From NCBI GenBank assembly GCA_020137815.1, contig CM035354.1, positions 6,076,001-6,140,000 of the forward strand: a DNA stretch of 64,000 nucleotides, given 5' to 3'. The notes beneath the pieces are model-generated. The model saw only the letters and a program-made list of their open reading frames with translations. It searched no databases and was not told where the DNA came from. Every line of letters starts with the position of its first letter. The stretch's first letter is position 1. Origin of the DNA: Hormiphora californensis. Lineage: Eukaryota; Animalia; Ctenophora. A program made the translations under genes and the position numbers. This document shows, piece after piece, positions 13,282 to 25,869 of this stretch.

Positions 13282-14342
13282 CTCTCTCTCTTTCTCCCAC
13301 TTCTATCTCTTTCTTTCTCTCTCGCTATCTCTCTCACACACACGAAATTTCTACTGAAAGTCTGTTCGTTGCTATTTAACAATGTCTTAGGTTTGTTGAA
13401 TGCAACCGATTCGTCATGATGGATATATCATTCATCCTTGGCCTTTTCACGTCCTGTAATTCCTCGCCGAAGTTGAGTGGGAAATCATAGTGGTGAACAT
13501 GTTTCAGAGGAATCTGTCTGTTACTTCTGTATCCATATCCTGGGAAGGAAAGAGAAGAATTGATAATGGGGTCTGCGGATTGTATTTAGAAGGCCTATAT
13601 CATTGATATGGCTTGTGAGGTACACACCACCACCGTGCCATCAACCACTACTGCACACAACAGTACAAGTTGTATGTACTACAACAACATTATGATGTCA
13701 TAACGTCACTGTAGCAGCCGTATATCAACTATATGAGCTGCCACACTCAGAGTACAATTTTTAATCTATAATAGAACTCCAAACTATAGCCTGGTTTTAG
13801 GTGATATATTCTAACAATGAATGAATCATATTAATGAACCGAACTAAGGGTTAAGGTACTACTACCCCGGGTTCTTGAGTAACAACGAACCCCGGTTCGT
13901 TAGGTATTGACACACAGCTGATATACTAACACGGCCAAGAAACTGTGTAACTCCCTAGTGTCACTTAGTACAACTGTGTACGTCAACAGTTTAACTATTA
14001 TAGACACACAAACACACAGACTCGCCCAACAACCAACAACATGTGTGACTCACAAGCTGTTTACAAGACCAGTAGCAGCGACGAATTCCGGGAATATCGA
14101 CTGATAACCACTCCGCCGATTAAAGGAGTGGACCCTGAAAGCTTCCTTGACAACCCGTTCTCTAGCAAACTTCCTTGCCACACTCAAGACGTGGAAAGAG
14201 GAGTTGCTATAACAACCGCAGCAGTTAGCCGGGCCCGAACACACGAGAAACAGCTCGGAGCAGCACTGGCGAGAGCAAACCACATAAAAAAACAGAGACA
14301 AGAGTAGTGGTTTGCAGAGAGCAAGAGAGAGCAAGAGAGAGA

Positions 14343-14391
<49 letters not shown>

Positions 14392-16872
14392 CGTGGCCCA
14401 GCCACAGCTTTGTCTTCTCTGGGAGACAGGGCAAAACGGTGCTTTTCAGCGCCCTTCCAAAATTAAGAAATCAAATCTGTGTGTCAAAGAAACCTGGTAA
14501 ACATGGTAAAGGTCAAATCAAAAACAAATCAAAGAGTTCATGTTGTTGAAAAGGCGGACGGGGTGATAACTTTGTGTGTGGGGGAGAAGTCCGGGTTCCC
14601 GCCACACGCAAACAAAGAGAGTTTTGAAATCTGTGTACGGGAGTACAAGTCACACGATTTGAACCAATCACAAAGCAGATCGCGCGTGTCCTCCCACACA
14701 CACACACACAAAGAGAGAGAGAGAGAAAATACATTTTGTGTATAGAAATACATTGCCCACATCATAGCTGTAACGCGCGATGCATTCCAGCCTAGAGGTT
14801 TGGCGCCGTTCCTATGAGCTACGTTCCCCTATTCCGGCGCGCGCGGGCCAAAAATGAACCTCATATGAAGCTAAATGAGCTTCATTTACCCAAAAATGAA
14901 GTGAAAATGAGCTCATTATGAATTCATATGAACTTCATTTCTGGTACAATAGCCTTCATCGATTTTCTAGGGTTTCTCATTCCCAGGGGAAAAGGTGTAC
15001 TGTCCACATACGAACCACTTCCCAAAAAGTGAGGTTGGCACCGAGATCAAGCTGGAGAATTGCCCACAAAATATCGCCCGGGCAGTTTGTGGGGATAGTA
15101 AGATTTGGCTGGTTGAGAAGTGTGATACTAACGAGAAATGTGAGTGTAACCGGCAGATATATCCAATATCTCCCATTTAGCTAGTTTCTCAATGATCGAG
15201 CTAAAAAACACACTTTGTCCAATCAACCACTGAGGTAATCCATCCGCCCTCCAACTAAAAAAAATAGTTTCAGTATTTCTCAATTCTCGTAACCCCCTTC
15301 TATTTCTCACAACCCCCTCCTCTCCCCAGCAGTAAAGGGTCGGTCAGGGGGTGACATGGCGGATACAGAGTCTCTCTCTAACAACATGCTGATCATCTAC
15401 ATTGGTGCTGGTGCCTCTGCTGCCCTCTTTATCGCTGTCATTGTTGTAGCCATCATCGTCAAGTGAGTTACCATGGCAACCATGTTGTTTCTGTTGCGGT
15501 TACCATGTCTCTTTGTTACATTTTCGATCGTGTATTCAGTTCAAGTTTGTCGTGTACCATTTTGGTCTCCTTTAAACTGTCGTCTACCGCGGTTCCGTTG
15601 TAAGTTGTGGTCCTAATTAGTTGTCCTAATTAGTTAGTGTTCTTAGAACTGTAGTGTGTTATGATTTCCCTTCTTGGAAAACTGTATTGTGAAATGTGAT
15701 CCAACTATCATGTTAGACAGTGTTAAAACACTACTCTGTCCGTCAGTCCGTCTGTATGCCAATGAGCAGTATACCGGGGGGGGGATCAACACTTAACTGC
15801 ATGATACTCATGCCGATAACTGCCAAATTTTCAAAAAATTTTTGACACCCACCACCCCCCACATATTTTGCACTTAAGTCCCACATTTAACTGCCGCCAC
15901 ATCTGAAAATGTAGACCCACCCCCCAAATCTAGCTAAAAGGGAGCTAAAAATAGCACGAAAGACACGGAGAGACTTATATATTGTGTCTAAAATCAACTG
16001 CCATCAACTAAGAACAATACAGACCAGTTTAGGTAACGGATCCGAATTCCGAATTAGTTAGTATGAGACACTTAGAGTGGCATGCGTAAAAAATATTCGC
16101 CACACACATGTGATAGGCGCGCAAAAAATAACGAGCGCGTGAAAAAGGGGGTTGAAAACTTCAAAAAATCGGCCATTTAGAGCAGTTATTTAAATTTTCA
16201 CCATATACACACCCCTAGACCCCCTATTTTTAGGCAGTTAAGTGTACAACTTAACTGCCGGACCTCTCGTACACCCACCCACCCTAACTGGCATGAGTGT
16301 CACAAAGTTAAATGTTGATCCCCCCCCCCCGAGTATACCTATAACTTGTTGAGTAGTTCAACAACCTATAACGGGGTTTTGTAGCAAATGATTTCAGGCG
16401 ACGACGAAGGAACAGGGTGGTGCGGTACAAGTTAGCTATGGACGACCACACACCTCCCATCATGGGAACCTTCCCTCCCCCACCCTCCTCTCAACACCGC
16501 CTCGAGGGGGTCTTGACCCTTCCACCGGGTCTCAAGAACGACTCCCTGACCACAGCACCTAAACGGGAGCCATTCGAGATGTCTTGTTCTACCCTTGAGT
16601 ATCCACCCTCCGACATCCTAGATAACAGAATACCTGTATTCACCGCAACCAGTAATCCCCTGGGGAAAACAGAGGATCTGTACCCCATGTATATGAGCAC
16701 TGATGGGCATCTGAATAGTCGTGACAATGGGGACATTATCAGTACAATTTTGGGCGAAAAAGCAGAGAGACAGTACACTAATAGTTATGCGAACAGTCCG
16801 AATCTAATTCCAAGTAGTCTCCTAAACTCTAATAGCGGGTTAAACTCTGAACACAGTTGGTGTGATGTGTGA
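10970..16872 (+). CDS. Neurexin-like single-pass membrane protein: signal peptide, one LamG/LNS domain, Cys-rich HRM-like module, TM, cytoplasmic tail ending WCDV; in-frame TAG at 12573-12575
   Basis: Exons 10970-11051, 11252-11442, 11986-12093, 12232-12352, 12493-12663, 14987-15139, 15330-15462 and 16398-16872 are all GT/AG and phase-consistent (1434 nt). SP MTESILGRYLVLGTIATILSSTLTQA. LamG end INGSVAGVHYNGVDIL. TM LIIYIGAGASAALFIAVIVVAIIV followed by KRRRRNR. Confidence 0.75.
12756..14972. mobile_element. Non-autonomous TIR element (CCC...GGG, ~220-bp TIRs, probable 2-bp TT TSD; CMC/EnSpm-like) in intron 5 of the neurexin-like gene
   Basis: CCCTAGAAAATCGATGAAGGCT at 12756; its reverse complement ends at 14972. 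The TIR extends to ~12975 and ~14753. Confidence 0.85.
14041..14307 (+). pseudogene. Transposase C-terminal fragment (hAT/hATm-like)
   Basis: LPCHTQDVERGVAITTAA resembles the PCHxQxVERxxxxxTxA catalytic-Glu motif. The rest of the transposase is missing. Confidence 0.55.
15770..16337. mobile_element. MITE with G-run TIRs (TA-flanked, Tc1/mariner-like)
   Basis: TATACCGGGGGGGGGATCAACACTTAACT..ACTCATGCC on the left versus GGCATGAGT..AGTTAAATGTTGATCCCCCCCCCCCGAGTATA on the right. Confidence 0.7.
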
Positions 16873-17399
16873 GAGAACTCTCTGGGGAGAATAATATTCT
16901 TATGCCAAGTTGGTTTATGAGAGAGAAGGTCAAGCCTTGACTCAAGGTGAACTTGCAGTCGAATGGTGGGTTCAGCTCATGGTATATCAGAGACTGTTGG
17001 GTAGAGAGAGAGGTCATCAAGAGAGGCAAGAGACAAACTGCAGTTGCCTCATTCTGTATTGTTGGTTACAAAATACTCGTTCGATAATCATAATGACAAT
17101 GTGAAACTCGCCTTGCTGTAGCGTAAAGATGAGAGACGATCAATTATTTATTGCAATTACACAGTATACTAGATTTGAGCCGCGCAACAAACTGGTCAAA
17201 CGGCCTGTTTCGCAGAACTGTGCAGTATGGAGTTTGCCTATCAATGAAATCTTGATTATCTTTCATACTTTTTTACTTTTAAAATGATAATTGACTGTTT
17301 CCTCTTCTGTTGTGTCATGAAATGTCAATTGTGATCATCTCAATTATTGGGTCACCTACCGGAACGCGCACAGTATTAACACCTTCACTGCAAGTGGTG

Positions 17400-17900
17400 T
17401 ATGCGCGGCGCGCGCTCAGAAGGCTCAAAAATATAAAATTTCAAGCAAGAAAATCGTTTTCGGCAAATGTGTTTTTTTAGTTTTTTCCCCAACCCCTTTT
17501 TGGCTTTTGCGCTTCTTATTTCTAATGATAACTGCGGTTCCTAATGAAACTTAATCACAGGTGCATTGGAAAGATCTTTAACTTCTCTTGCCAATGCACC
17601 CGGAATGAAGTCTTATCAGGAATCAGAGGGCAGAGATATCGCTGAAATTAACTTTGCAAAAAACGAGGGTGAATAGTTGAAAAATGACTTTAAAGTTTAA
17701 ATCTGGGCTGAAAAGCGCTGCCTTATCCCGCACCTATCTCTTTTCAAAGGGGTCTGCTGAAAATTCTTCGATTTTATCGATAGAGACGGGTTACTGCATC
17801 TTTTTCTCATCCTGCTCTACAGAAACCTGTGTGTCAACCTCCCTGACGAACCGCTCGATTTCTGCTCTAAACATTGAATAATGTGACACTTCGCTTTTAC
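17400..17900 (+). promoter_or_regulatory. CpG/GCGC-rich putative promoter upstream of ROGDI-SPAG16
   Basis: GCGC clusters. The 23-mer TGAAAAGCGCTGCCTTATCCCGC (17709-17731) is shared exactly with 37588-37610. Confidence 0.45.
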
Positions 17901-17926
17901 ACTAATTCCTCCCTGATCCCGCAGGT

Positions 17927-18739
17927 ATGTCTTCTGAGTTGGAATGGCTTCTGTCTGCAGAAATGCCCCTGGCATTCAGCAGCATCAGTGAACGTTTTAG
18001 TAAGTTTTCCTCGCTGCTTCAGTACTGCGAAAATGTTGAAGAGCAGGACAAGACCTCGCCTTTCGAGGAAACTATCCCGCTGAGCTCAACACTACGAGAC
18101 GACCACGTGAAGGGTCACATCAAGATGAGAGGTCCACTGATAACCAAGACAGAGCTGTCAATTGAGATCAACAACACCCCAGTACCTGTTAAAACGGTGG
18201 CGTGTATTAGAGAGGACGAGAAGACCCCGTGGAGGTTGTTTCAACTAGGTCACGCTGCTAACTACCTCTACCTCGCACGGACAAAGTGCCAAACCATTGC
18301 TGGAGGTGGTGTTAGTAATGCCAGGGAAGCTACTGATACAATCAATGAGATTTTAGATCATATCAAAAGGTGTAAACTTCAATTTTTCCTCCCCACTCCT
18401 GAAATAAACTGTCAAAATTACGCAGCATTCTGTCCTGAGCTTCCGCCTGGTTTAATCGTCAATTTTCACATCAAAGACATCAAACTAGTTCTCACCATTT
18501 CCTGTCTCAAGAACCCCCAGGACCTGCATGTGAAAGAGCGGTACTGTCTCCCTCGCAACGCCTACATAGACAGGACCATACTTCTCTCTGTTCTCTGGAT
18601 GACTGAGACATATCAGGAACTGAGCGTCCTGCAAAACGAGATCCAAATGATCCTCCAAAAACTGCGGTCCTTGCCCGAACAAACCAGTTCTCACAGCTGC
18701 AGTTGTACTACTAACACTATAGCTGCAGCTGCACAATGA
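17927..18739 (+). CDS. ROGDI: Rogdi homolog (leucine zipper; Rabconnectin/RAVE subunit), intronless
   Basis: LEWLL, DHVKGHIKMRG, WRLFQLGHAANYL and FCPELPPGLIVNFHI match Rogdi family motifs. Confidence 0.8.
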   Translation: MSSELEWLLSAEMPLAFSSISERFSKFSSLLQYCENVEEQDKTSPFEETIPLSSTLRDDHVKGHIKMRGPLITKTELSIEINNTPVPVKTVACIREDEKTPWRLFQLGHAANYLYLARTKCQTIAGGGVSNAREATDTINEILDHIKRCKLQFFLPTPEINCQNYAAFCPELPPGLIVNFHIKDIKLVLTISCLKNPQDLHVKERYCLPRNAYIDRTILLSVLWMTETYQELSVLQNEIQMILQKLRSLPEQTSSHSCSCTTNTIAAAAQ

Positions 18740-19033
18740 CGGCTGTCATGGAAGCGTGGTTTTATATACGGATTTATGTACTTTTATTATTGCAGTTAGT
18801 GTATCGACTGCTGCAAACTGACGTGTGTTTTAAAATATGTTTTTTGTGTGTGCGTGTGTGCTTTTTGACTCATCATTCTATGATTTGGGATTGTGTTTTA
18901 TTGATTTCATTTATGATTAACAAGTAAACGTTTCCTGTTTTTATTCTACCTGATTCCATTTCATCCCACCTCTTGTTATAATTTCTCGCCCAGTAATCCC
19001 TCTCGAATCCCTCTGATCCCTTCCCATAGCGCC

Positions 19034-21412
19034 ATGCCCACCCAAGACCCCATTTACTACGTGGAGAAGGTGGAGGTGGAGGACGATGGAGATAGTGATA
19101 GTTATGATGAGGTAGGACAGTTAACAAATGTGACAGAAATCGGAGATGTGACACATACAGACGGTTAGACAAACTGACAGACATTACAGCCAGGTATAAA
19201 AGGTATACAGTTGCCCTGATATCTGAATGACAAACATCAAAAAACGAAATAGGGGGCTGGGGGTAGTATGTATAATCCCGGATAGCCTGAATATCCGGCT
19301 ATCACGAAAATGTCAAATATCCGGGATATCCAGGATATCCGGGTTATCTGGGATTATTCATACCCCCTAATGAAATCTACACAAATTTATAACAACCCTT
19401 GTTTTCCTAGGTGAGGTTTGAAGATGATATCTCTGAATCTGAGACTGAGGAGGACCTCGAGACAGCTCTGAGGACAATGAAAAACAGTATAAAGGGAGAG
19501 GAGACTCCCCAGGCTGTAGTGATTCCTAAGGCTACAGTCAGTAAACGGGCTGAGGTTGTGGACGATTTTATAAGGAACTTCCTTATCAGGTGGGTTGCTC
19601 GAACCTCTGTCACCGTACTGTTATAAAGGAGGGTTAGAACATTTAAACAAGGGCTGGGTGACAGTTAGTTGTAAAGCTGCAGATTTAGTAGTGTCTTTCT
19701 TGCAATGACCTAGGGAGGCGTAATTGTTATATAATGTGTTGAGATCGTGCTCAAACCTCAACACAGTCTCTCATCATTCTAGAATATCACACCTATAATA
19801 ATACATAATTGTACCTGCAGAACTGTGTCTTTCGTTTTTCCTTTTGAATAAGTACTCAAACCCCGTGTTCACAGAATGTATTCTCACCCCACTCTCTCCC
19901 TCTTTCAGGAACAAGATGACTAGAACCCTGGAGGCGTTCCAGCGGGAATGGTTCGAGCTCCATGAGAAGGGTCAAGCAAACACCCTAGAGATGGTACCTG
20001 ACTGCTACGTTCAAATCGAGGAGCTGGAGAACAGGGTGAAGTTCCTACACAAAGAGATGGGAAAGATGAAGAAGAATGTGAATAACGCGGGAACTCAGTT
20101 CATCAAGATCCGGAAGGAGAGGGATTTCCACCGGATGCACCACAGGCGGATTGTCCAGGAGAAGGAGAAGCTATTTGCGGATATCCGCCGGTTGAAGAAG
20201 CACTACGAGAGCTATGAACCTGCCCTTTCTGAACTACGGGGCAAGTACGAGACGGCCATGAGGGAGAAGATGCTGACCAAGATTGAGTGTGAGAAGAATC
20301 TGACCAAGATCGCTAACCTCACCACAACTCTAACCAACTATGAGACAGTCCGGGGAACACTCAGTACTCCAGGAGGTCCTGTTCCAGAGATCAGCCCTGT
20401 ACCTGGAGTTGTATCAGCAGCAGCAGGGTCAATCAAGGAACACCCCTCAGACACAGTGATCCGGACCGAGGCAGCAGAGAATCCAAATATTGGAGCTAGC
20501 ATTGCAATGACGAGTCATCTGACAAGGCCTGGTGGGTTTAGGGAGACTCACTCCTTCAAGGCCCATGATATGGCCATTAGTGGGTTAGCGCTACACCCCA
20601 CTAAACCTGTTATTGCTACTGTCAGTGATGACACTAAATGGAGGTTATGGAGCATGCCAGAGGGAGAATGTGTGATGACTGGACATGGACACGACATGTG
20701 GATTGGAGGATGCGGGTTTAACCCTGAGGGGACGAGGCTGGCTACTGGATCTGGCGACACCACGGTTAAAGTTTGGGACTTTGCGGAGGGTACCTGTATG
20801 CACTCATTCTCAGACCACTCACACCCAGTTTGGGATGTGGCCTGGCATCACTCTGGCCAACTGGTTGCCTCAGCCTCCATGGATAACACCAGTAAACTGT
20901 TCGATCTAGGGTCTATGAGATGCAGAAGTACGTTCAGGGGACACAACGATAGTGTAAATAGTATCTCCTTCCTGCCCTACAGTAATGTCATTGCAACCTG
21001 CTCAGCCGACAAATCCATTATGCTATGGGACATCAGAACGGGCCTCTCTGTCCAATCCCTCCTTGGGCATGTTAATGCTATCAACTGTGTTACATTCGAT
21101 CTCTGTGGGGAGCTGCTTGCCTCATGTGATGCATATGGTGTGGTGAAGATATGGGATGTTAGGAGGGGTGGAGTGGAGGCTGGGCACTGGGATTACGAGC
21201 CCCACCCAGTTAATAGTGTTTCGTTTGATGCCAGTGGAGCCTGTTTGGCTATCAGTAGTAATGATGGTACAGTAAAGATGTTGGAGGTGGAGAAAGGTGT
21301 TGCTACGGAGTTAACTGGACATGATGATGGAGTCCAAGCGGCCCTCTTCTCCCGAGATGGAGATATGCTGATCAGTGCTAGCTCAGACTCGACCGTTAAA
21401 GTGTGGTCCTAG
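19034..21412 (+). CDS. SPAG16: Sperm-associated antigen 16 / PF20, axonemal central-pair WD40 protein
   Basis: Exons 19034-19111, 19411-19589 and 19909-21412. EVVDDFIRNFLIR, ERDFHRMHHRRIVQEK coiled coil, 7 WD40 repeats. Confidence 0.92.
19250..19369. mobile_element. Small degenerate MITE with ATCCGG subrepeats in SPAG16 intron 1
   Basis: TAGGGGG..TATGTATAATCCCGGATA versus TATCTGGGATTATTCATACCCCCTA. Confidence 0.4.
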
Positions 21413-21599
21413 GACAATGAAGTGACTGTACAGTGTACACACTATGTGTGTGTGTAAATAATATCATGTATTATAGCGTCAGATTTTCATCCAACATCGA
21501 AACAATTCCTTCTCGAGTTTGTAAGTTTGTCTGTGTGCTCGATGTCAACCTAATCAAACTCGATCCATAGCATTTCACAAGCAACGACTCGCTCTCCGT

Positions 21600-22050
21600 T
21601 TACACACACATCGCTCCAATTCGGATCTAGAGTTCTGAGTTACACGGTAGTGACGGAGCGCGCGAACACCATTCTGTTGACTGAGTCGCGCAAGCGAGTT
21701 TCCATGGAGTACAAACATTTCCCAGTGTGCGTTTGGCTTTATTTTCATGGATATTTCTTGACCAGAACAATGATACCACCTTTAAATGACAGTGAATTAA
21801 CAAAGGGGCCAACAGAAACAGGCTTGAGGGCTCAAAAAATGATCTCTCAAGAATTTGCACGCGCAAATATTGAGCCGCGCGATAAGTATATTATTCGCGC
21901 GCGTGATCCGAATAAACTTTCAAAAGATTTTTGAGATCGAGCGCGCTTTGTTCACAAAGGAAAACCAGACCGGCCGCACCACTTTTGTGCAGCTCGATCG
22001 CCCTTGCTGTACTGCCAGCCGTTGCATTTTCAAAAATATTTTGGCAAGTT
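21600..22050 (+). promoter_or_regulatory. CpG/GCGC-rich putative promoter at the head of the ZNF-to-ZNF gene run
   Basis: Dense CGCG. GCACGCGCAAATA (21857-21869) is shared with 37466-37478 and TTGAGCCGCGC (21870-21880) with 17175-17185. Confidence 0.45.
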
Positions 22051-22098
22051 ACTAAAAATATCAACAAACTGAACTCATTCACTGAAAGTAATCCAAGA

Positions 22099-23223
22099 AT
22101 GGAGCCGAATAACTTACAGGACCTCCAAGAACTGATTGTTTCTCCAGACTACCCAGAACAAGAGGAAGACCGAACATGGTCTTTTCCTGTCCAGATCTTT
22201 GTAGACGAATTTGAAAGCAGTGACCCCTTGTCAGCAGGTGTGATATTTTGTCTCCCATGATTGGTAGCCTGGTCTGAACCTTGTTTTGATTTTCAGGAAA
22301 CTTCTCGATCGTTGTACCCGAAGAAGAGACAGCTACAGCTTCCAAAAGACTGAAGGTCTCCAAAAACAAGAAATCTCGAGGAACTTCAACTAGTCATATT
22401 TGTAATATCTGTTCCTTTGAGTTCCAAGATGCTTCGATGTTTGTCAGACATCTCAAATCTCACTCAGGTGATTAAATTTCCTTCCCATCTTTTGACTTTT
22501 TGAAACCAATCTCCAGTCGTACCTTTTGCCTGTTACTATTCGATTCCTTCTGTTCCAGATGAAAGGCCCTACTCGTGTGATATCTGTCCAAAGAGTTACA
22601 AGTATCCTTGGCTACTAAAGAAACACAGAGCAATGGTCCACAGTGAAGTTCATGGTACAAACTCCGTGGTTCACACCTGCGAAACCTGCTTCAAAATCTT
22701 CCCTTGCCAGAGCGCTTTAAAAGTCCACATGAACCACCACCAAGGTACTGCACAATTCAACAAATCTCTGTTTACTCTCTTGTGTGTAGATAATACAGTG
22801 TTACACATCTCAGGTATCAAGGCATATGCGTGTACTCACGAGGGATGTAACAAAACATACACTTGGCCTAGCCAGCTGTCCGAACACATGAGAAGTCATG
22901 GTGCGGATCCGTTCATCTGCAAGACGTGCTCCAAGACATTCAAAAGCAGAAATGGCTGGAGTTACCACACAAAGAGGTGTATCGGATCAAAACTAGTGAA
23001 ATGTCCCAAGTGTGATAGAGAATTCTCAACAAGGCTCGGTCTAACATTACACCAAAGAAAGCCGTGTGAGTTTAAAATACCACACACGGACAAAGAAATG
23101 TATATCTGTGGTATTTGTAGAAAGTATAGCAGTTTGAAGCGGGATAACGTTGAAACGCACGTTTGCACTGTCCATAAAGTTGCCGAGGCGGTTGACGTGT
23201 TTATTGATAACAGTGCGACATAG
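22099..23223 (+). CDS. C2H2 zinc-finger protein (~7 fingers)
   Basis: Exons 22099-22237, 22297-22467, 22559-22744 and 22814-23223 are in phase. CxxC..HxxxH repeats. Confidence 0.85.
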
Positions 23224-23347
23224 GTTGACCAGATGTTTCGGAAGTTGTTTATATAATTTTTGTAATTCATCAATCTTTGTAACTTGTAATTTTAGTTTTT
23301 TATTTCTCATCTGTATTAAACTCACTATTCTAACACCCAATTAGATC

Positions 23348-24261
23348 ATGTCGATTGGACGAATAATTGCATCTCGTACTGCCATGTTTTGCTGTGATAT
23401 GCAGGACAAGTTCAGACCCTCAATTCAACACTTTCCCGCCATCCTATCAAATGCAAACAGACTCCTTGAAAGTGCTAAAATCCTTGATGTTCCCTTGGTT
23501 GTGACGGAGCAGTATCCAAAAGGTAACATTTAGAGAAACTCGATACATTTGTTTTTAGATCTCTTTTCGTGTAGTGAAGTGTTTGTATTGATCTCTTTTC
23601 ATCACCTAAGCCTCTTCTTGTTAGGTCTGGGTAGTACATGCTGAGGAGCTCAATATCGGACATTGCAAGATCAACTGTCCCAAGACTAAATTCAGTATGG
23701 TACTTCCTGAGGTGCAGGCCTTTCTACAGAATAACTCGAACAGACAAACTGTCGTGCTCTTCGGCATTGAGGTATGTTCATTGATTGTTTACAAAATAAA
23801 CAGCGGTATAATGTTACTAAATCAATAAATTGACAGTTGATCGTGTCCTCTAACCGGTGCTGACTCCCCCATCTTCCTAACCAGTTATTCCCCATCCTTT
23901 CAGGCCCACGTTTGTATCCAGCAGACAGCTCTTGACCTTCTGGCCCTGGGTTACAAGGTTCACATTGTCGTGGATGCTACTTCATCTAGAACTGATGTGG
24001 ACAGGTTCTTTGCATTTCAGGGTATAGTATGAACTCCAGTAACCCTAAAACCTCATTCTGTTTTATCTTAGTATTTATTGATTATTATTTAATCCACTCC
24101 ACTTTCAGCGAATGAGGCAGGCTGGTGCCCACCTAACTACCAGTGAGAGTATGATCCTGGGACTCGCTGGAGCCTCCGACCATCCCAACTTTAGGGAACT
24201 GCAGAAGATTATCAAAACCTCGGCTGCTGATACTAACCTCCTCCAGTTTTCTTGCATGTAA
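23348..24261 (+). CDS. ISOC2: Isochorismatase domain-containing protein (ISOC1/2 family); apparent +1 indels at ~23640 and ~24021
   Basis: [50 protein letters not shown]. Exons 23348-23522, 23625-23771, 23904-24021 and 24109-24261. Confidence 0.88.
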
Positions 24262-24574
24262 AAGGCGGGTAAAATAAATTATTAAACACACATTCTTTTT
24301 CTGAAAGTTTTTTATTCGAAATGTAGCTTTAACATTATTAGTTTTCTTTGTGTTCAGATTCTTTGCTTGCTTGGTTTTTCTATGTTTGTTCGTTGAAGAT
24401 TATTCTGTATTAAGGGTTTCTGTAAATGGAGTTATTGCATGAGTTTCTACTGAAAAGATGCCACATGCTTTTTTTTGGATGACAAAAAACTGCTGATTTT
24501 CTTTTACCGCTGCTAATTTTACCGCTGATTAAAGTCTACATTTTGATGTGTAACATTGTATCCTTCCATTAGCT

Positions 24575-25619
24575 ATGCTGTTAGGAGGATGATAGGATAT
24601 CATGTGTTTAGTTGTTTCCTAGTTGCCCTTCTTATCTCAACCATGTTACTATGGTGATAAACTCGTTGCCATCAACTCTCAGACAGTAAGGGAATCTCAC
24701 AATTATTACTTGTCTAGAGACACTAAAGTTCCTAACCATTGAATCGTATCTATATTATCATTTTTCCTATCACTAATACATACATCTTTATATCGTTGCA
24801 GGGTAATCTCCTAGTGCGTGCAGTGACAGATAATCTAGTGCACGGTACCATAGCGGTAGTAGCCTGGATTCTGGGGAGATATAACCATCACCTAACTAAA
24901 GAGGAGTCTGGGTTGAGAGGAGATCTGACCCGAGGGTATAGGAGTGGGTTAGCAACACACACCCTCTTATACTGGAGAGTATTATCTGTGGTGTGATAGC
25001 ATGTCTTATTGACTTGGATCACTTCGTGGCTGCATGGTCGTTTGAAATCGAGGTAAGTAGGGGTTTGGGAAGAAAGATGATCCTTTCCAAAAAGTAGAAG
25101 GGCTTTTGTGAGGTTTACTACCCTCTCCCTCAGTTTAATAATTTGCCAACCCCTTTTCTAATTCTATAATCCCCTTAGGATGCCCTGGCTGCACCGGTAA
25201 GAGGATGTTACATAACAGTGCAATAGTGATACTCTTGGCTGTGTATCATTACTACACACCCTACCTCTCACTAGTTATACTGACAGTGGCCTTCTCTACC
25301 CACCAGGTATGGAGCTAGTTGAACAATTTTATAATCAGTTTCAAATGTGTTTGTTGGTTGGTTTTACTGTACCTCGCACTGCAAATCACTTTCGTGATGC
25401 CTGGCTCAAGTTGTTTGGTTTTTGATTACATATTGTTATTTTCAGTTGAGGGATGCAGTTCGTCGTGGTCTAATGTTTCTACCTATTGGACACACGCCTC
25501 CCATCTCCTATCTCCTTTATCTCACTGCTATATCCCTGATAACTGTCACCTTCCCAAGATGTATACCTTCCTCTCAAAGGACGGTTCAGAGAGATAGTTT
25601 ACTATTGAAGGAGCTGTAA
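24575..25619 (+). CDS. TMEM267: Transmembrane protein 267; several apparent indels
   Basis: RAVTDNLVHGTIAVVAW, ACLIDLDHF and HQLRDAVRRGL motifs. Exons ~24575-24685, 24802-25052, 25179-25305 and 25446-25619. Confidence 0.8.
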
Positions 25620-25869
25620 CAAAGAAATTGTATTAGGTCTCAATGGTTATTAGTTACCCTCTTATTTTGTATGCATGTTGTTGGTTTTGTTGAGCAATGA
25701 ACCCCTTTTTTCTCTTTTTGTAAATGTCCAGATGATGTGTTTAGTTTTGAAATGATATTTATTTTCTTTGGTAGTAGAAAAGAAGTCATTAATTCTGTGT
25801 TTGTAAAATTTTCCTCCAACTCCTATGTCCGGACTGAATAGCCCGAGAAGTGTCCCACATTCCCCAGAA

